Source: Yuukianura sp. NJ FZ-2021 (lineage: Eukaryota). From it: a stretch of 64,000 bases of DNA. The notes below the pieces were generated by a model. The model made no database searches and was not told where the DNA came from. It saw only the letters and a list, made by a program, of their open reading frames with translations. Shown in pieces: positions 38,601-50,989 of this stretch (within the stretch, counting starts at the first letter, position 1; every line of letters starts with the position of its first letter). The DNA lies in contig CM102286.1 in the NCBI GenBank assembly GCA_046563655.1, forward strand, positions 930,001 to 994,000, written 5' to 3'. Position numbers and translations under genes: made by a program.

Positions 38601-41600
38601 CGCGAGTTTTGAATGCAAATAACGACTTCTTTGTTTTAAATTTTTTTGGTAATTGAAAATTGGCTCTCCTTAAAAAATTTTTTTCAGCTTGAACCAACTT
38701 GAACTCACGCAGTTTGTACCACATGCCTGCAAATTGTCAAATAATTTTTCCAAAAATTCTGTTTTTTTTTTCTAAAAAGTTTGAACAAAACGCTTTACAT
38801 CTGTTTCTTGTTCGTCTCACTTTACTCCAATTAATTTTGAAAGCTTTGTACATGCGGATATTCAATTTCTTTGAAGTTTTGCTCGGAAAAGAGCGAAAAA
38901 CTCGAAACTTCAATACAAGAGAAAAAGCTCGAAATTTGAGAAAAAAATCAAAGAAAGACTAAAATTTTATTATATCGGTTATGTCTTGGCTCAGGGAAAA
39001 TCTAAATTGTGAAAAGCTTTTTCCTTCGAAAATCCTCGTTTTCTCCATAATCGTTTTCACAATTTAAATTTCGGCGGGTGTTTATGCATTTTCGGTTCAA
39101 AATGGTTCAAAGCTGTTAAAGTTTTCAATCTGAAGTTTCCATTTAAAAGGCTGGCATAGGATGAAATGATGTAAGATCATAAAGTTTAGACACGACGATG
39201 AAGGAATAAGGTGTGATATGGTATAACACTAAATTGAAATTTCAAACTCTTCTGTTCCTACGAATAATTTAATGCTTTTACAGTCATCTTCCGCTCCACT
39301 GAAACCGTCAACATTAAAAAGAGGCCTGTGACCTCTGACCCGTAAAATGCAAACATTGTGTAATACTATGCTTTTGTGTGAACGGAATTAAAATCGGTGG
39401 GTTGAAATGAACCTGCGGTTGATTAGTGTATCCGCACACATGTATTATGTTTTTGGTTTGCTACGTCTGATTACTATTCTGCATTTCCTGACTTTATGTT
39501 CTGTTTGGTTTGAATTTTCAACCACACGGTAACATTTTCTCATTAAAGTTTTCACTCGGTTTGGTTCGGTTTGTCTCGGAAAACAAATGAAAAGTTTTTT
39601 GAACCTAAGTTGATGTTTGCTTTCACTTTGAGTAAACTAAAATTGACGCTCGAGAGAAAAATTTATGAGAGTTTTGTTCATTTTACTAAAACTAGGGAAT
39701 TCGTTCGTCATAAAATTCGTTACAAATTCGTAATTACGAAAAACAAAGTTGACAAAAGTAAATTTTGGCTTCACTGTGAGACAGTAACGGAAAGGAAAGT
39801 TTACGACAAATGTTTGACTACACACAAATTGAAAATTGAAAAAAATAGAGGGAATGTTTGACAAAATTTTAAATTGGTTGGTTTTCAACTTGTAAAATGT
39901 AACCGAAAACCAAGTGCTACAGAAAGTGTTGCTCATAATGGCCTGTGACAAATTAGACTTTCCTTTTTTACCCGAATTCGGGATCACCAGAGCCTATCCT
40001 CTTTTTGGAACTTTTCTAGAACGGCTTTAACCTAACAGGCTAACCTAACTTTTAGCCTAACCTAATACTAGGGAAATGCTCATTAAGGAAACTTTGTAGC
40101 CCAGCACAGAGGACAAAAGACGAAAAGCACCCATAATCCAAAATGACTGTTCTTGTGACATAGTTTTGAGGTTACGGCGTACCCGGGCGTTTTTGAACTT
40201 TCCCGCGAATCCCAATTTCCATCTATTTTGAAAACTTGAGCCAAAATTCTCTCTCCTCCTGACCGCCAAATGGACTCATTTATCATCACAGCTTTTAATA
40301 ACATGTCCATTTCTAAACTCGGAATTTCCCTCCACAAAACATGCTTTTCTTTTACAAGTTTCTTGGATTAAACAATTTGTAAAGGTCATTGACCTCGACT
40401 TGTTTAAAAACGAAACAAACAACAAAAGTAAAAGTGAGAAAATTTAATTAAAAATTTTTGAAGAGGAAGCCACGACTTATGCTTAAGACTTTTCTTGTGG
40501 GATTTTCAATTTTGGAGAAAGTTGGTGCAGGACGTTAGGGCGGGTGCGGCGGGTGGGAAGATTGGAAGATGGTTTGATTATTTGGGAAGTGATGTGCGGG
40601 CGGGCGTTAAGAACTAAAAAGGCTTTTACAATCTTAGAAGAGGGGGGCGGGTGGGGTGGGTTTGGTAAAAAAAACGTCCAAGCTGCAATATACTATAACG
40701 ATCCAGAAAACAGTTTTTTTGGATTTGTAGATTGGAGGAGCAGAGAAGTTGAAGTTTGTTAAGCCTTCAATTTCTGGCGTTTCTCGTTCTGTGGGGGCCA
40801 ACTGAGAAAACTAACGTTAAGGTTGAGAAGTGTAGAAGAAAGTGACTTTCCCCGTTAGATTCCGTGGAGGAACTGCAAATAGGGATTTTATCCATCGATT
40901 TGTCAGTAATTGGTTTGCCTCACTTTTGATCTCCTCCAAGGCACAACCATAAGCATATAGCACTACGATTTCAAGGATTTCCAATTTTCTAAAGCCGTTG
41001 GGAGAACTGCTATTGGCTAAGAAAAAAAATACATGACTTTTAGCGCAAAACATGGTTATAAAATCTAGCAAAAAGGCGAGACAAGCACATCGTGTAATTT
41101 CCTCATTTTGCGGTCTTTCCTCTTTCTCTAGCTTTTGCTTGCAAAAAATAGAAACTTTTTATCTAGACTTTTACTTTTTGCCAAAAGCCTAAAATCAACG
41201 CCAATTCAAAACCTGAAATCCGAAAATTTTTCAATTTTTTGTTCAACTTAAACTTGCCTCAACTTTTTTTTAGTCATGTGACTCATGGTGACATTTCTTA
41301 TTGCCTTTTAATTTAATGAAATAAAACAAAGAAAGCGTGGATTTTAGTGCGTTTGCTTTCACTTTCTGTTTTTTACTCTCGTTTTTGTTTGTTCTATTGA
41401 CCTGATTGCACAAGATCACGTTGATGCCCATCTCTTCTTTTTTTTTTCTCCTAGACAAAACTTTCAGAAAAACACATTTTATTTTCTCCATGGTCCATTC
41501 CTTCCATTGTCTTTGTTTACTTGCTTTTGGGAAGAAATCTAAACTTATTTCAAGGAAAGATGATGTGGGAATGGGCAGCTTCAAACCTTTCTCTCCCACG

Positions 41601-44046
41601 CAGCTTTCTTCAAACTGTCTACAATCCGATTTTTTTTTTTGCGAAAGTCTTTTAGTAGTTTACGAGAACAGGAGACTTTTAAGGGCACCAAAAAGTTAAG
41701 AAACGGCTTTCCTTCCCTCCTGGCAAAAGCGAAGAAAAATTCGTAAAGTAAATAGGAAATTTTTTAGTTGCTCCCATTCCGTTCTTGTTGACTTTGCTGA
41801 TGTTCCTTCTTCTTCCTTATTCTCGTCCATCATGTTCACTCTTCCGTATGTTCATGGCACTACCAGAATGCTCACGTTTTTTGTTCAAAAAAAGTTTTAC
41901 TTTCACTCCCGCCAAAAACTCAGGATGGCGGAAGAAACTACCACGTTTTTATAGCAATTAAGCCAAAATTATGACCCGTGTCTTTCTGAACATCTTCGGG
42001 CGTAGTTTTTTTTAAAAGAAAACATTTTACCTGGACATTTTTGTCTGGGGAAGTGAAATAAAATTTTGAAAAGCACTTTTCAAAAATACGACAGGAAACT
42101 TATTCCTGCTTTTGTATTTTACTTTTCAAAACATTTGTGTTGAATCAAAAAGTAATTGAACTAACGAAAAAAAAGTTTGCGTTATTTGCAGTTCATGCGG
42201 TCAGTTTCGAAACTTTTTTGGCAAACAAATCGTTTGTGTTTGGAATCTTGAATTTGGCCAAAAACTCTTAAGCTTTTAATTTCCATAAAGCGTTAGCTTA
42301 TGCTGCTTGCTTAATACCGGTTTTAACTTTTAGTTTTCTCTTGTGCTAAAAACCTGTTTGTAACCTTTTGCTTTTTGTGTTTGTGAATCTTAGTTGTTAT
42401 CAAAAATGTAGGATTGTTATTTGCAGAAAATGGACAGCTCGTGGTAATTTTGACATGCGCCCTGGCAGGAGTCGTCGTCATTGTCGTCATTACGTTCATT
42501 TCACTCCTCTGCCAACGGAAAGCCAAGAAACCCACTTGTAAGAAAATTACTAACCAAATCTACTTTTAATTTCTCTTATAATTTAGCAAAACGTAGAGGT
42601 CAAGGTGTAGAGGTCAACCGATTACAAAATTATTGACATTCGATAAATTAACTAAATTTGAAATTTGGAACTCAAAAACACTTTTTTTTACATAATTCCA
42701 ATAGCAGCACGTTTTCCATTTCCTTGTTGTGAACAAAATTATCAATGATGAAGTTTCGAAAATTTTGTGGAACCAAATCAATATAGTAGCGCGTGGAGGA
42801 AGGATAACTTACACATTTACCATTAATTAATGTTTACATTTACCGAGAAACTGTGTGTCCTTTCTGTAGTTAGAGGTGAAAACAATTTTTGCGGACTTAA
42901 GTAAGTAGTAGAAAGTTCGTATTTTGACGGGGCGTGGGAAAATCAAGTGATAAAGACGTTTGGGAATAATTTATGAGCAAACCTGAGTCTAAATTAATGT
43001 TTACCATTTACTCCAATTCTTCGTAGTGCAATAATAACAAAAACACTTCAAGTTCGCAACGTGGCAAAGTTACAACCACTTTCCACACTTTTCCAATATG
43101 GCTTCTCCTCCTACTTACCCAAAAGAACAAAAACTGGCATAACTTGAGAAATTGATTTTCAAGTTTCTTTTTTTGTGTTATTTGTAGTTCTGACGGCGGG
43201 TGATGCTGATGGTGTAGAGAAACAAACGAACAAATCCGATCGATCTTCTAATGACTCCGACTTGAAAGTGGAAATTCGTACTACTTCGTCCTTGTCTAAC
43301 ATGCAGGAACATGATTCAGAGCACTGGGACGATGGAGCTTCTGATGCACATTTGAAAAATGAGTCACTCTATAGATATTCAGACTACCTGGATCCTGTCT
43401 TCCCGCCAAAACATGTAAAAAACCGAAAAAACCGAAAAATTTTAGGAGGTCAATGACCTCTGCATGACATTTTGCAAAACGGCGGATCAGTTTCAAATGT
43501 TTTTTTTTTGTCTTTTTGTAGGACGGACATAATAATAACGGTTACATTCAGTATGCCGATTACACTAGAGACTACAATCCCGGCGGCATTCCGGGTAACC
43601 GTGGAAACCATTATGCTGGCGGTCCAGCATCGGCAGCAGTTTCTACAAGTACTGGCCTAGCTACGCTCCACCAAATGCCAAGTCCTCCGTATTTGAACAA
43701 CGTAGATCCACGCTACTCGGCAACTTACGGAAATCCTTATCTCCGAACGTCTTCAAATTCGTCCCTCCCACCACCGCATGTCACCAACTCCCCATCAGGG
43801 GTCAATCTCAACAGTAGTCACGTCTCTGGTTCTCATCTCAATCACCATAGCAACCACATCCCCCTCACAACCTCCGCCCCTAGCAACCACTACCTCCACA
43901 ACTCCCTTAGCAACGGCTACGGCCTTAGAAACGGAGCGGTACCGCAGGTTCCGAATGTCAGCAGAGCTCCAAGTACTCCCTCTCCGCAGTACATTGTTCC
44001 TAATCAAGCACAGCTCAAGCCAGGAACACTGGCAACACATGTGTAG
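26672..44046 (+). CDS. kirre: Kin of irre / Roughest (Neph1/KIRREL-like) Ig-superfamily cell adhesion protein, ~786 aa
   Basis: Exons 26672-26921, 27170-27405, 30250-30715, 36067-36194, 36499-36757, 38213-38371, 42427-42537, 43188-43414, 43522-44046. All are GT-AG and phase-consistent (2361 nt). Signal peptide MSHLKLWWLLFLWAPQLGSA; five Ig domains (QWTRDGFGLG, DDAVFQCQVGPG, GGKPAAEITW, AEGNPP, DFGPYNCSVTN); TM LVVILTCALAGVVVIVVITFISLLC; cytoplasmic DPRYSATYGNPYLR; C-terminal LATHV PDZ-binding motif typical of Neph/Kirre. An alternative in-frame ATG lies at 26618. kirre vs rst orthology cannot be resolved here. Confidence 0.93.
40383..40395. promoter_or_regulatory. Perfect IR1 (PAL1) nuclear receptor element, ecdysone-response-element consensus
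   Basis: AGGTCA-T-TGACCT in the kirre intron upstream of the TM exon. Confidence 0.5.
43446..43460. promoter_or_regulatory. Perfect IR1 (PAL1) EcRE-type palindrome
   Basis: GAGGTCA-A-TGACCTC inside the 107-nt last kirre intron. Confidence 0.5.
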
Positions 44047-44263
44047 CTAACATACAAGTTTTAAAAAGTTAATTAATTAAAGTTTAGTAAAAGTTAATTA
44101 AACATTTTATATAAATCTTGCCAAATCGAAGATTAACGTCTACTTAAATTTGTGGCAAGGTTATATGTCGCATGTTCAATTTCGTAACAATCTCTATGAT
44201 TTAATTCATCTAATGCTCTCTTGTATTCTCATAAAAAAATTTCTTAAAAAATGTTCTTATTGG

Positions 44264-44283
44264 TGTAAATATCAGTGTAAATA
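44264..44283 (+). promoter_or_regulatory. Tandem Pumilio response elements in the kirre 3' UTR
   Basis: TGTAAATA at 44264-44271 and 44276-44283 (UGUAHAUA consensus). Candidate poly(A) signal AATAAA at 44968. Confidence 0.5.
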
Positions 44284-45742
44284 TTTCAATCTTTAAAAAT
44301 TAGAAAAGATGTGTGCTAAAAGTAGGATTTAGTTTTAAAAGGATATTGTAGTTAACTTAGTTTTAAAGAAAAAGTTAAGTTTGTACTTTACTTTTGAAAA
44401 AACCACGCATGCGTATACTGTTCAAACAGAATTTTCAAATATTTTAGAACACATTGTTTTCATTTCTTGTTTTTCTCAAACCGTCTGTTTAGCATCGTGT
44501 TAAAATTCTTATGATCCCACCATTTTGCCATTTTGTTGCATTTATCAGAATACTTAAATTTTTTTTTTATACAAAACACAAACCATTTCAATGCAATCTG
44601 TAAACTTGTGTAATTTAACTACACAATTAATTGCAATGTCTTGTTAACTTATCGAATTTTTCATGCTGTGTATTTTGATTTACAAAATATTTTGTGTGTG
44701 CCGGTGTGATTTAAAAAATGCAGTTTTGAAATCGTATCAATGCAAAAACCAAAAGATTTGCAGAAAATAGTCAAATTGAGGTAAAAATTGCTAGACACAA
44801 ATGTTTAGGCGCATATCTCTTTCTTACATATGAAGCAAAACATCATAAAACTTTGCTTAATATACAAAGTTATTACTTAATTATAAAATTGATGTATTTT
44901 CAATACGAAGAGATAAAATGTACGTGTGAATACATATACGTACTCTATCAGAAATCGTGGTTTATATAATAAATATTATTGTGTTTTTTAGTAACTTTTG
45001 TTCTATATCGTCTATTTCTACACAAAGGAATTCCCGCTTTTTATGTTTATGAAACAAGCTCAAATTAAATTCAAAATTTCAGAATTTCGACGATTTCTGC
45101 GTATTGCAATTATAGCAACAAGGTTTCTTCGCAGGAAAGATTTTGAAAACAATCGATACTTAGAATTCTGCTTTTTTTCGACATTTTATTGACGTTTTTC
45201 CTCAAGAATTAAACGGAAATACATCTTCATTTGAATTTGACACGCTCCTGCTATACAACTTGTTTTTCAAGATTACTTGCGTACGTTATGTAAATATTTT
45301 TGCAGAATTCCATGTATACGTGTATTTCTAATCAAGTTTTTGCACAACTGGAACGCTGAGGCTTCCAATAATCTTTCAGCATAAGGGAGTTCATTTGCTT
45401 TGTGGCAAGAAATGAACATGGAATTAAGTAATAAAAAAAAAGAGAACGGGTTTTAGTAGCTCTCAGAACTGCATGGAAATTCGTATTAAACAACAAAAAA
45501 TTCTCACTAATTTGTGTATTCCTGTGTCTGTTTTGATGCAGGTGAAGTTCACTTCCACTTGTGATAAAAACTAATTAAATCTTGTGGAATCATTTTCATC
45601 TGAGAATCAAAGTAAGGCGTACCTTGCTTGCTTGTTTATTTACCGTTTCGTGAGATTTTCCAGATACTTCTCAGGCGTTTGTCAATAAAAGCAGGCAGTT
45701 CACTTTCAAACCAAGTCTTTATTACTCCAAATGCTTACAACA

Positions 45743-47335
45743 ATGGAAAATTTCAAAAAATATTTTTCGGTGTTTTTGATTTTTCTCAACTTTTGCACTG
45801 CGACGCCAAACGTCCAACCGGTTTTCAATTCACAGACGCTTTCTGTACTGTGCTACAAATCCGATGATCCTGGATCAACCAACGAGGTAAAACTTTGCTA
45901 AAAAGTAGTAATCGCACAGGAAAAAATTTTGGCAAAAATTTTGAAAAAAACTGAAATTTTAAAATATTTTCAAACAGAACGATGCTGGTGAAAAGGTCCC
46001 ATGCCCGTTACCCGTGTCACAACTCAAATCTGGTCGTCACGAAATCGGTGTTTCCGGTGACTATTACACAGAACCACCCGAATGGCTCAACGTAACCTTG
46101 GCAACAATTGGTCAAGACCTTCTGCGTAAAAACTTTGTAGGCCTTTTGTACTACTCTGCCGCGTCCACACTGATCGTCGGAGCTTCAAGTACTGACGTAC
46201 GTCGTGTCCTCGCCAGTGGTGGAAATGTCATCAAAGTCAAAAAAGCTGCGCAGAGAAACTTGGGAACAATTCTCAACTTTTTAGCTTGGTCAAACGGCGA
46301 TATCATGCCGACTCCCGGTTTGAGTCCAACGGCGTACCGTTGGAACCAGTCTACACTTTTCGAAACAATGAATCTCATTCGAACGACTCACGAAAAAGTG
46401 CAACATCAAGCAATTTTGCAACCGGAGCACTTCAAGGCCCCCATTCTCACACCGGAAACAGAACGTGAGCCACTGGACGAACGACTCTGGGAAGCCTTCA
46501 GACAAGATTTGCTTGCTTCCCGCTTTGCCAAATTTCAAAACAAACCAATTTTTCCGCCAAAAAATGGTGGTACTAAAGTATACTTTAACCAATTTGCTAT
46601 GATGATGCAATATTGGGCTCTCTGTGCTCCACCAATTATGCATCAGCATACTCCAAAATCGGTGCTTATGATTGGACAACCAACTGATGAGGAGCTACTT
46701 GGATACATGCATTTCTGGAGCTTCCTTGCGCATGTCATGGGTCAACGACCAGAGTACAATCCATGTATGCAACCAAGTCTGCCAGAAGCTAAGATCTATT
46801 TTCAAAAGTTAATGGAAGAATATCTCATTCCCGCCCTTTTTCATCTGGACTATGAATCGAAACTTTTGATTGAAGTAAATGCAAAGGTGAGTTAAAACAA
46901 TAATTTGATTTTCCCAAAGATTTTCTAAAAAGTTTCATTTTAAAAAACGTTGTGTAAATGGTTAATTTTTTTTTTTTGTTTTTCCAGGCCTACACAGACA
47001 CTTTCCGGTTCATTGACTTGTACATAATATTAAGACAATTGTGTGAAGACTTTCTTGGAATTGAAGCCAAAAACATTCAGAGTATTATGCCAGCACATTC
47101 CAGATTGTACGTGGGAATTTTGAACTATCTGCGCAGATTTGCTACTGATCCTGAGCGGTATTCGCCCATTCGCTTCGTCATTCTTGGTATGATGCAAACG
47201 AACACCCTGAAATACTTCCATTTCAACACTCTACGACCAAATTCATTTGCAAATGGAATGGTCGCATACAACGAAAAAGTTTTAGCCAATGTAAATCTTT
47301 TTCAATGGCAAAACGAAACACATAACTTCTACTAA
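45743..47335 (+). CDS. Secreted MpaB/Lcp (rubber oxygenase)-like DUF2236 heme oxygenase-fold protein, ~466 aa
   Basis: Exons 45743-45886, 45978-46886, 46988-47335 (phase-0 introns). Signal peptide MENFKKYFSVFLIFLNFCTA. Family-like motifs PPEWLN...GQDLLRKNF, QRNLGT (RxxxT), IRTTH (candidate heme His), NQFAM, EELLGYMHFWSFLAHVMG. Confidence 0.8.
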
Positions 47336-47764
47336 AAATATATGAAATTATAAAATCTTTTAATAAAGCTTCCGAGTCAAAATTTCTCGAAAACAGCAAC
47401 ATGTCGACAAGGCAAGGTTCTGCAATGGTGTATGCTAAAAATAGTGCTTTTGAATTTTGAATCAAATGTTATGCGGTAAACTTTAACAATGTTGTTGTCT
47501 CAATCTGATCAATTTTTAAATATGGCGCATTTAGCTACTTGAGGCTCTCAAATCTCCGTCCTACTTGGCCTACCGCATTTAATTTCAACACTAACCGTTT
47601 CGGTTGAGAACATTAATGTTTAAATTTGGCGCATTTACCACTTAAACTGTCAATTAGAGAAGTAGAATAGCTAGTAGAATTCGCTTTATACAATCGTCGT
47701 TTCAGTTTCAATCAACACTTTGCAGTGAATTAGATGTTCCTTAAGAAAATATAAATTTAAAAAA

Positions 47765-49055
47765 ATGAATATCATCTGGTTTTTGACATCTTGGGTCAAC
47801 TTGTTTGCAAAGCTTTGGCTTTCTCCTTTTGTCTTCGCATCAGAATTTCCACCAGTCATAACGACAGTATCTTATACTGGAAAATGGGGCACTGTAAGAT
47901 ACTACGTAGAAATTTTATTCAAAATGTTGGCAGTTACAAGACTCGCATTTCTGGGGATTCGCTACATCCAATACATACTAGGGTCGTTGACTTTGGGACA
48001 ACAAGACTCGGTGTACCTGCGTGGCGAAATCCTGAACCTATTGCTCTACTTCTTGATGAAACTTATACTTTGCAAGAAAGAGGAAGATTGGGCCTACTTT
48101 GTAAATTTGTTACTACGGTTTCAGTTGCAACTTGAACGTACGTGTATTTTATTATCTGACTAAATACTTCTCTTTAGGTTTTTGACTGCTTTGATTAATA
48201 TTTACATTACCTAACTCATTTTAAGATTCACACCGATACCGTTTTCCAAGAATTTGGAGCCTATGCAACAATTTTTTTTGCTGCATTACCTCTGTACACC
48301 ACGCAAATTTAGTTGTCAATATTTTGACAATATTCAGAAAACCAGTACGAACATACTACTTGAGCACCTTGGTATTCGGAGAAAACTGTTCGGGATTTGG
48401 AGTGGCTGAAAGACTTATATTTTTGACGGTTTTTGAGGCTAAACAGTGTCTACTTGTAGAACTAGATTTCATCTCAAAAATGTATCAACTGGTCACTGCA
48501 AAAACATTCAGACTCCAACTACAAATGTACAAAACTTACTTAAAACTAAAATACTTTTTTAGATATGATACCTTAGATTTTTTTTTGAATTGTAGTGAGC
48601 AATCTGATGTCGAATTTGAGCAGGAATACCAGAAAATGGCTATTGTAAATAGAATTTACAACAAGTGGTATCAAACTGTAGCTGTCCCTGCAGCTTTTGC
48701 AGTAGAAATTAGTGTCTGGATCTTGGTCATCTATAGTTCAGTTCGATTATTCTCCAAAGCATCAGCTGTGGACAAAATTCTAATCTGCTTGGGGATAATA
48801 ATAGAAACAGTATTTGCCTTGGCATATTGTGGAGTTGCTGCACCAGTCTACCGTGACAGTTCCAATTTACTGGAATTTTGGAAGCGAAAAACCGATGGCG
48901 ACAGAGAAAACTTGCTCATGCGCCGTAGGATGTTGCGCAGTTTGGCACCATTTGGAATACACTGCAGGAACTTCTTTGTAGTCAAACCAGAAACGAGAGT
49001 AACTTACGTTCGCCTGGCATTTGACAACGCTGTCAACGCACTGTTAACGTTCTAG
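47765..49055 (+). CDS. Gustatory/odorant-receptor-like 7TM chemoreceptor (subfamily A, copy 1), ~377 aa
   Basis: Exons 47765-48137, 48226-48526, 48596-49055 (1134 nt). Multiple hydrophobic helices; C-terminus RSLAPFGIHCRNFFVVKPETRVTYVRLAFDNAVNALLTF resembles the GR/OR TM7 region. Paralogous to 58896-60161. Confidence 0.72.
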
Positions 49056-49291
49056 TTGGTCTGAAATAGACACTAAATACCTTTGTACACTATTTTTTGA
49101 TTTGCACAATGTAGAAAATTTCAGCTTAATATGTCATGTCAAGTTTATTTATTGCAATAATTGGATGAAATCCCGGAATTCAGAATGTGCTTATTTATTG
49201 TTAGCAATTTTTAAAGTAATGCTTTATTTGTGTTGGGTTTAACTTTGACTTTTAGCCCAAATTGATGAGTGTTTCCAATTTCTTTCTCGCT

Positions 49292-49931
49292 TTATACCGG
49301 ACTTCTGCACCACGTACCACCACAAGGTTTTGGGCAACAAAGTAAACCCTGACCACACCCACGTTCGCGACAATCTTCAAATCTGCAGTCTGAAACAATT
49401 CCTTTCGTAGATGGGCAACTGCCCACCGTTCCTTGGCTGGCATCTGGAACACAGTTACCCACCGGGCGACATCCAGAACGTGAGCACCGTTGTTTTGCCT
49501 CGCAACGGTAGCCGGCACTACACTTTATTGAATCACATGGATCTAGTAAAAACAACCAACCCTATCAATAAAATTTCGTGTTGCAAAATTATTGAAACCT
49601 ATTGCAATTAGATTTTGAAATTGTCTTAATTTTCAAATTTCAAATTTTCAAATAGCAACTTACTTGAAACACACTTGTACTGGGGACAAGGAGTCGTGAA
49701 GCAATTTTTGCGATCATTCACACACGTCTGTCCGGGAGGACATGGTGAAGAAAAACATTCGTCGAAAACTACAAAGAAAATAAACACGATAACAATGAAG
49801 TCAAAAGAAGCAAATTTATTTCAAAATTTTCAAAACTAATTTTTTGAACCTTTCGGAGAAACAGCGAAAGAAGTTTCCAAATACACAAAAATTAGGGCAA
49901 AACAGCAAGTTTTAAAAATAAAACAATTCAT
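49292..49931 (-). CDS. Secreted Cys-rich + WAP-domain protein A (crustin/waprin-like), 145 aa
   Basis: Exons 49931-49850, 49768-49664, 49542-49292 (phase 1). Signal [23 protein letters not shown]; two 6-Cys modules; C-terminal 8-Cys WAP core [42 protein letters not shown]. Confidence 0.85.
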
Positions 49932-50015
49932 TTTTCGAAATTTTGGGTTTGAACTTTTGCTTTACAGTTTTTGTTAGAACTCTAAACAGTGTTAGCAACT
50001 AAAGGGCAATGTTTC

Positions 50016-50053
50016 TACTGAAATGTAGCACGCAGGAAGGAGTTAATTATATA
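50016..50053 (-). promoter_or_regulatory. TATA + Inr candidate for WAP gene A
   Basis: Minus-strand TATATAA (50053-50047) about 30 nt upstream of TCAGTA (50021-50016), ~90 nt before the ATG. Confidence 0.45.
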
Positions 50054-50376
50054 CTGGAGACTGGAGACTGGAGGGGACGGATGGATGTGGTTGATGCAAG
50101 AGCAGATGAATGTGCTTAGTTGTTACTGACGCCAAATTCTTTGGAAAGTCCCTTGTCAACAAGGACAATCACGTATTACTTAATTTTTTATGTGTTCCTA
50201 AATTTAAACTCCAAAATTACCTTTGTCATTCAAATTTTTATGAGCCGACTCAGATTCTGTGGAAACAATTTACTGGCTACTTTATGCCTCGCAAAAAATA
50301 ATTGGCTAAGACACGTTTTTTCATTGAACTTTTACATTTTTTAAATCCGTGACTAACTTGGACAAATATGGTTGAA

Positions 50377-50989
50377 TTAAACCGGAGTTTGGCAGGTTGT
50401 TCCACCACAAGATTTTGGACAGCACATTAGACCTGCTGCGCATCCGCTTTCGGTGCAATCCGCAAATTCACAGGTTGAAACAGTGTCTTTGAGCGGTGGA
50501 CAAGATTTAGAGCCGGTTGTTGGCGTACCTGGATCTTTATCGCATTTTCCAACTGTCCAACACTGTTGATCTTGGCAATGCTGCATTGGAGTACAATGAT
50601 AACCGGATTCACACTTTGTAAGGTTACACGGAGCTACAATGTAAATAAAAAAACATTTTAGTCAAATTTTTCAGTTTAAGTTTTTTAAAATTTTCCTGTT
50701 TTACTTTCTGACATGCACATGAACTGGTCACAAGGAGTTGTAGCGCATTGCTTTATGGCTTTGATGCACTTTTGGCCACTAGGACAAGGAGAAGATTTAC
50801 AAGGATCCATCACGTCCATGTCTAATAAAAATTTAAACATTGAATTGATCTGAAAATTAAAAGAAACAGTATTCAAACTTATTAATGCTCATACTTACTA
50901 CCAGACGGCGGTTCTGGCATTGAACATCCTGAACCTACAAATCCCACTACGACTAAACTACAACAAAGAATTGTGTAAAACCACTCCAT
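50377..50989 (-). CDS. Secreted Cys-rich + WAP-domain protein B, 154 aa
   Basis: Exons 50989-50899, 50821-50705, 50633-50377. Signal MEWFYTILCCSLVVVGFVGSGCS. Same Cys pattern and intron phases as gene A; ends CCPKSCGGTTCQTPV. Confidence 0.85.

Noticed and set aside
43778..44050. Overlapping alternative-frame and antisense ORFs in the last kirre exon
   Set aside because: Expected from GC-richer low-complexity coding sequence, with no independent support.
45743..47335. Bacterial contamination or very recent HGT origin of the oxygenase gene
   Set aside because: It has two canonical introns and host-like composition, and the family already has arthropod members. An ancient transfer cannot be judged without a phylogeny.
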